A stretch of DNA of 63,978 nucleotides, counting the filler, from Octopus bimaculoides (taxonomy: Eukaryota), in NCBI RefSeq assembly GCF_001194135.2. It is 5 parts of 4 records of this genome, joined end to end, with 100 filler letters (N's around TTAATTAATTAA, not from the genome) between each part and the next. Parts side by side here need not be neighbours in the genome. Positions count along the whole stretch, not along the records: positions 62,551 to 63,978 come from NW_026387766.1; 4 more parts are not named here. One strand, given 5' to 3'. This document shows positions 62,704 through 63,978 of the stretch, piece by piece. The notes under the pieces were generated by a model. That model ran no database searches and was not told where the DNA came from. It saw only the letters and a list, made by a program, of their open reading frames with translations. The position numbers were made by a program, and so were the translations under genes. Every line of letters begins with the position of its first letter. Position 1 is the first letter of the stretch.

Positions 62704-63978
62704 TTTACATACGTACACACGTACGTACATACGCATGTACAGACATACGTACATACTTACGTAAGTACGTACAGACGTATGCACACACCTACGTACGTAC
62801 GTACGTAGAGACCTATGTACACACATACATACGTACCTACAGAGGTACCTACACATGTACGCACAGACGTACATACGTACAGACATACGTAAGTACATAG
62901 GTACGTACACACGACGTACGTACGTACACACGTACGTACGTACACACTTACAAACACACTTAAGTACATACGTAGATACGTACGTACATACACACGTACA
63001 TACATACATACCTACAGACGTACGTACACATGTAAGTACTTAAGTACACATATACGTACACACGTACGTACAGATGTACGTACACACGTACGTAGGGACA
63101 GAAGACGTACACAGGTACGTAAGTACAGACTTAAGTACAGAAAAAAGTATGCACATACGTATAGACATACATACACACGTACCTAAGTACGTACGTACAG
63201 ACGTACATACACACGTTCGTAAAGACGTACGTACAGACGTACCGACAGACGTANNNNNNNNNNACATACACACGTTCGTAAAGACGTACGTACAGACGTA
63301 CCGACAGACGTAGATACGTACGTACAGACGTAGGTACGTACGTACAGACGTACGGACGTACAAACTACGTACAGACGTACGTGCATACGTACTACATACG
63401 TACGTCTGTACGTACGTACGTTTGTAAGTTCTTCTATACGTAGGTACGTACGTGTGTACGTACGTATGTACGTAAGTACGCACGTGTGTACGTACGTTTG
63501 TATATACGTACGTATATACGTACTTGTGTACGTACGTATATACGTACGTATATAGTACGTATGTGCGTACGTCTATAAATACCTACATGTTTACGTACGT
63601 CTGTACGTACGTCTATATGCATGTACCTCTGTACGTATGTGTGTACGTACGTACTTATGTGTGCGCGTACGTCTGTACGTACATATGTACGTTTGTTCGT
63701 ACATCTGTACAAACGTACGTACGTGTGTACGTACGAATCTACGTGCATATGTATGTACGTACGTACGTCTGTACATACGTATTTACGTACGTACACATGT
63801 ACGTACGTCTGTACGTACAGACGTACATCTGTATGTGCGTACGTGTTTACGTACTTCCATATGTGCGTAAGTAAGTACGTGTGTACGTACATATGTGTCT
63901 ACGTACGTCTGTACGTAAGTGTGTACGTACGTACGTACGTGTGTAAGTACGGTCCTACGTACGTGTGGAAGTACGTCT
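62704..63978. repeat. Degenerate (ACGT)-based satellite whose polarity inverts near 63400
   Basis: Left part is built from ACGTAC/ACAGAC/ACATAC/ACAC words; right part from the complements GTACGT/GTCTGT/GTATGT/GTGT. Confidence 0.9.

Noticed and set aside
63204-63312. 49-bp direct repeat either side of a 10-N gap (also CAAGTG(G)n at 1355-1400)
   Set aside because: Typical unmerged contig overlap.

Overview
AT-rich eukaryotic genomic DNA, dense in microsatellites and transposons, with many N gaps. The SINE families and repeat style suggest an octopod cephalopod draft assembly (inference). One host gene is well supported: a + strand SLC16/monocarboxylate-type MFS transporter with two clean phase-1 exons (15831-15974, 144 nt; 18103-18903, 801 nt). 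Its TM1-2 exon and last exon were not found. The rest is mostly mobile DNA: several tRNA-headed SINE families, a decayed APE-type LINE (~12.0-15.0 kb) plus LINE 3' ends, two mariner relics, hAT and piggyBac MITEs with TSDs, an internally deleted Helitron with both termini, and two R4/Dong-clade RLE retrotransposons in tandem around a TAA tract. The most unusual signals are: (i) Penelope-type minimal hammerhead ribozyme modules in two non-autonomous families, one attached to a head-to-head tRNA-like palindrome; (ii) several long fold-back structures (6987-7562, 3203-3319, a perfect 38-bp palindrome at 40329-40366, a ~1.3 kb strand-flipping ACGT satellite); (iii) a telomere-type (TTAGGG)n insert inside a SINE promoter. 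Almost all ORFs in the supplied track are microsatellite or N-gap artefacts. All alignments were done by eye.
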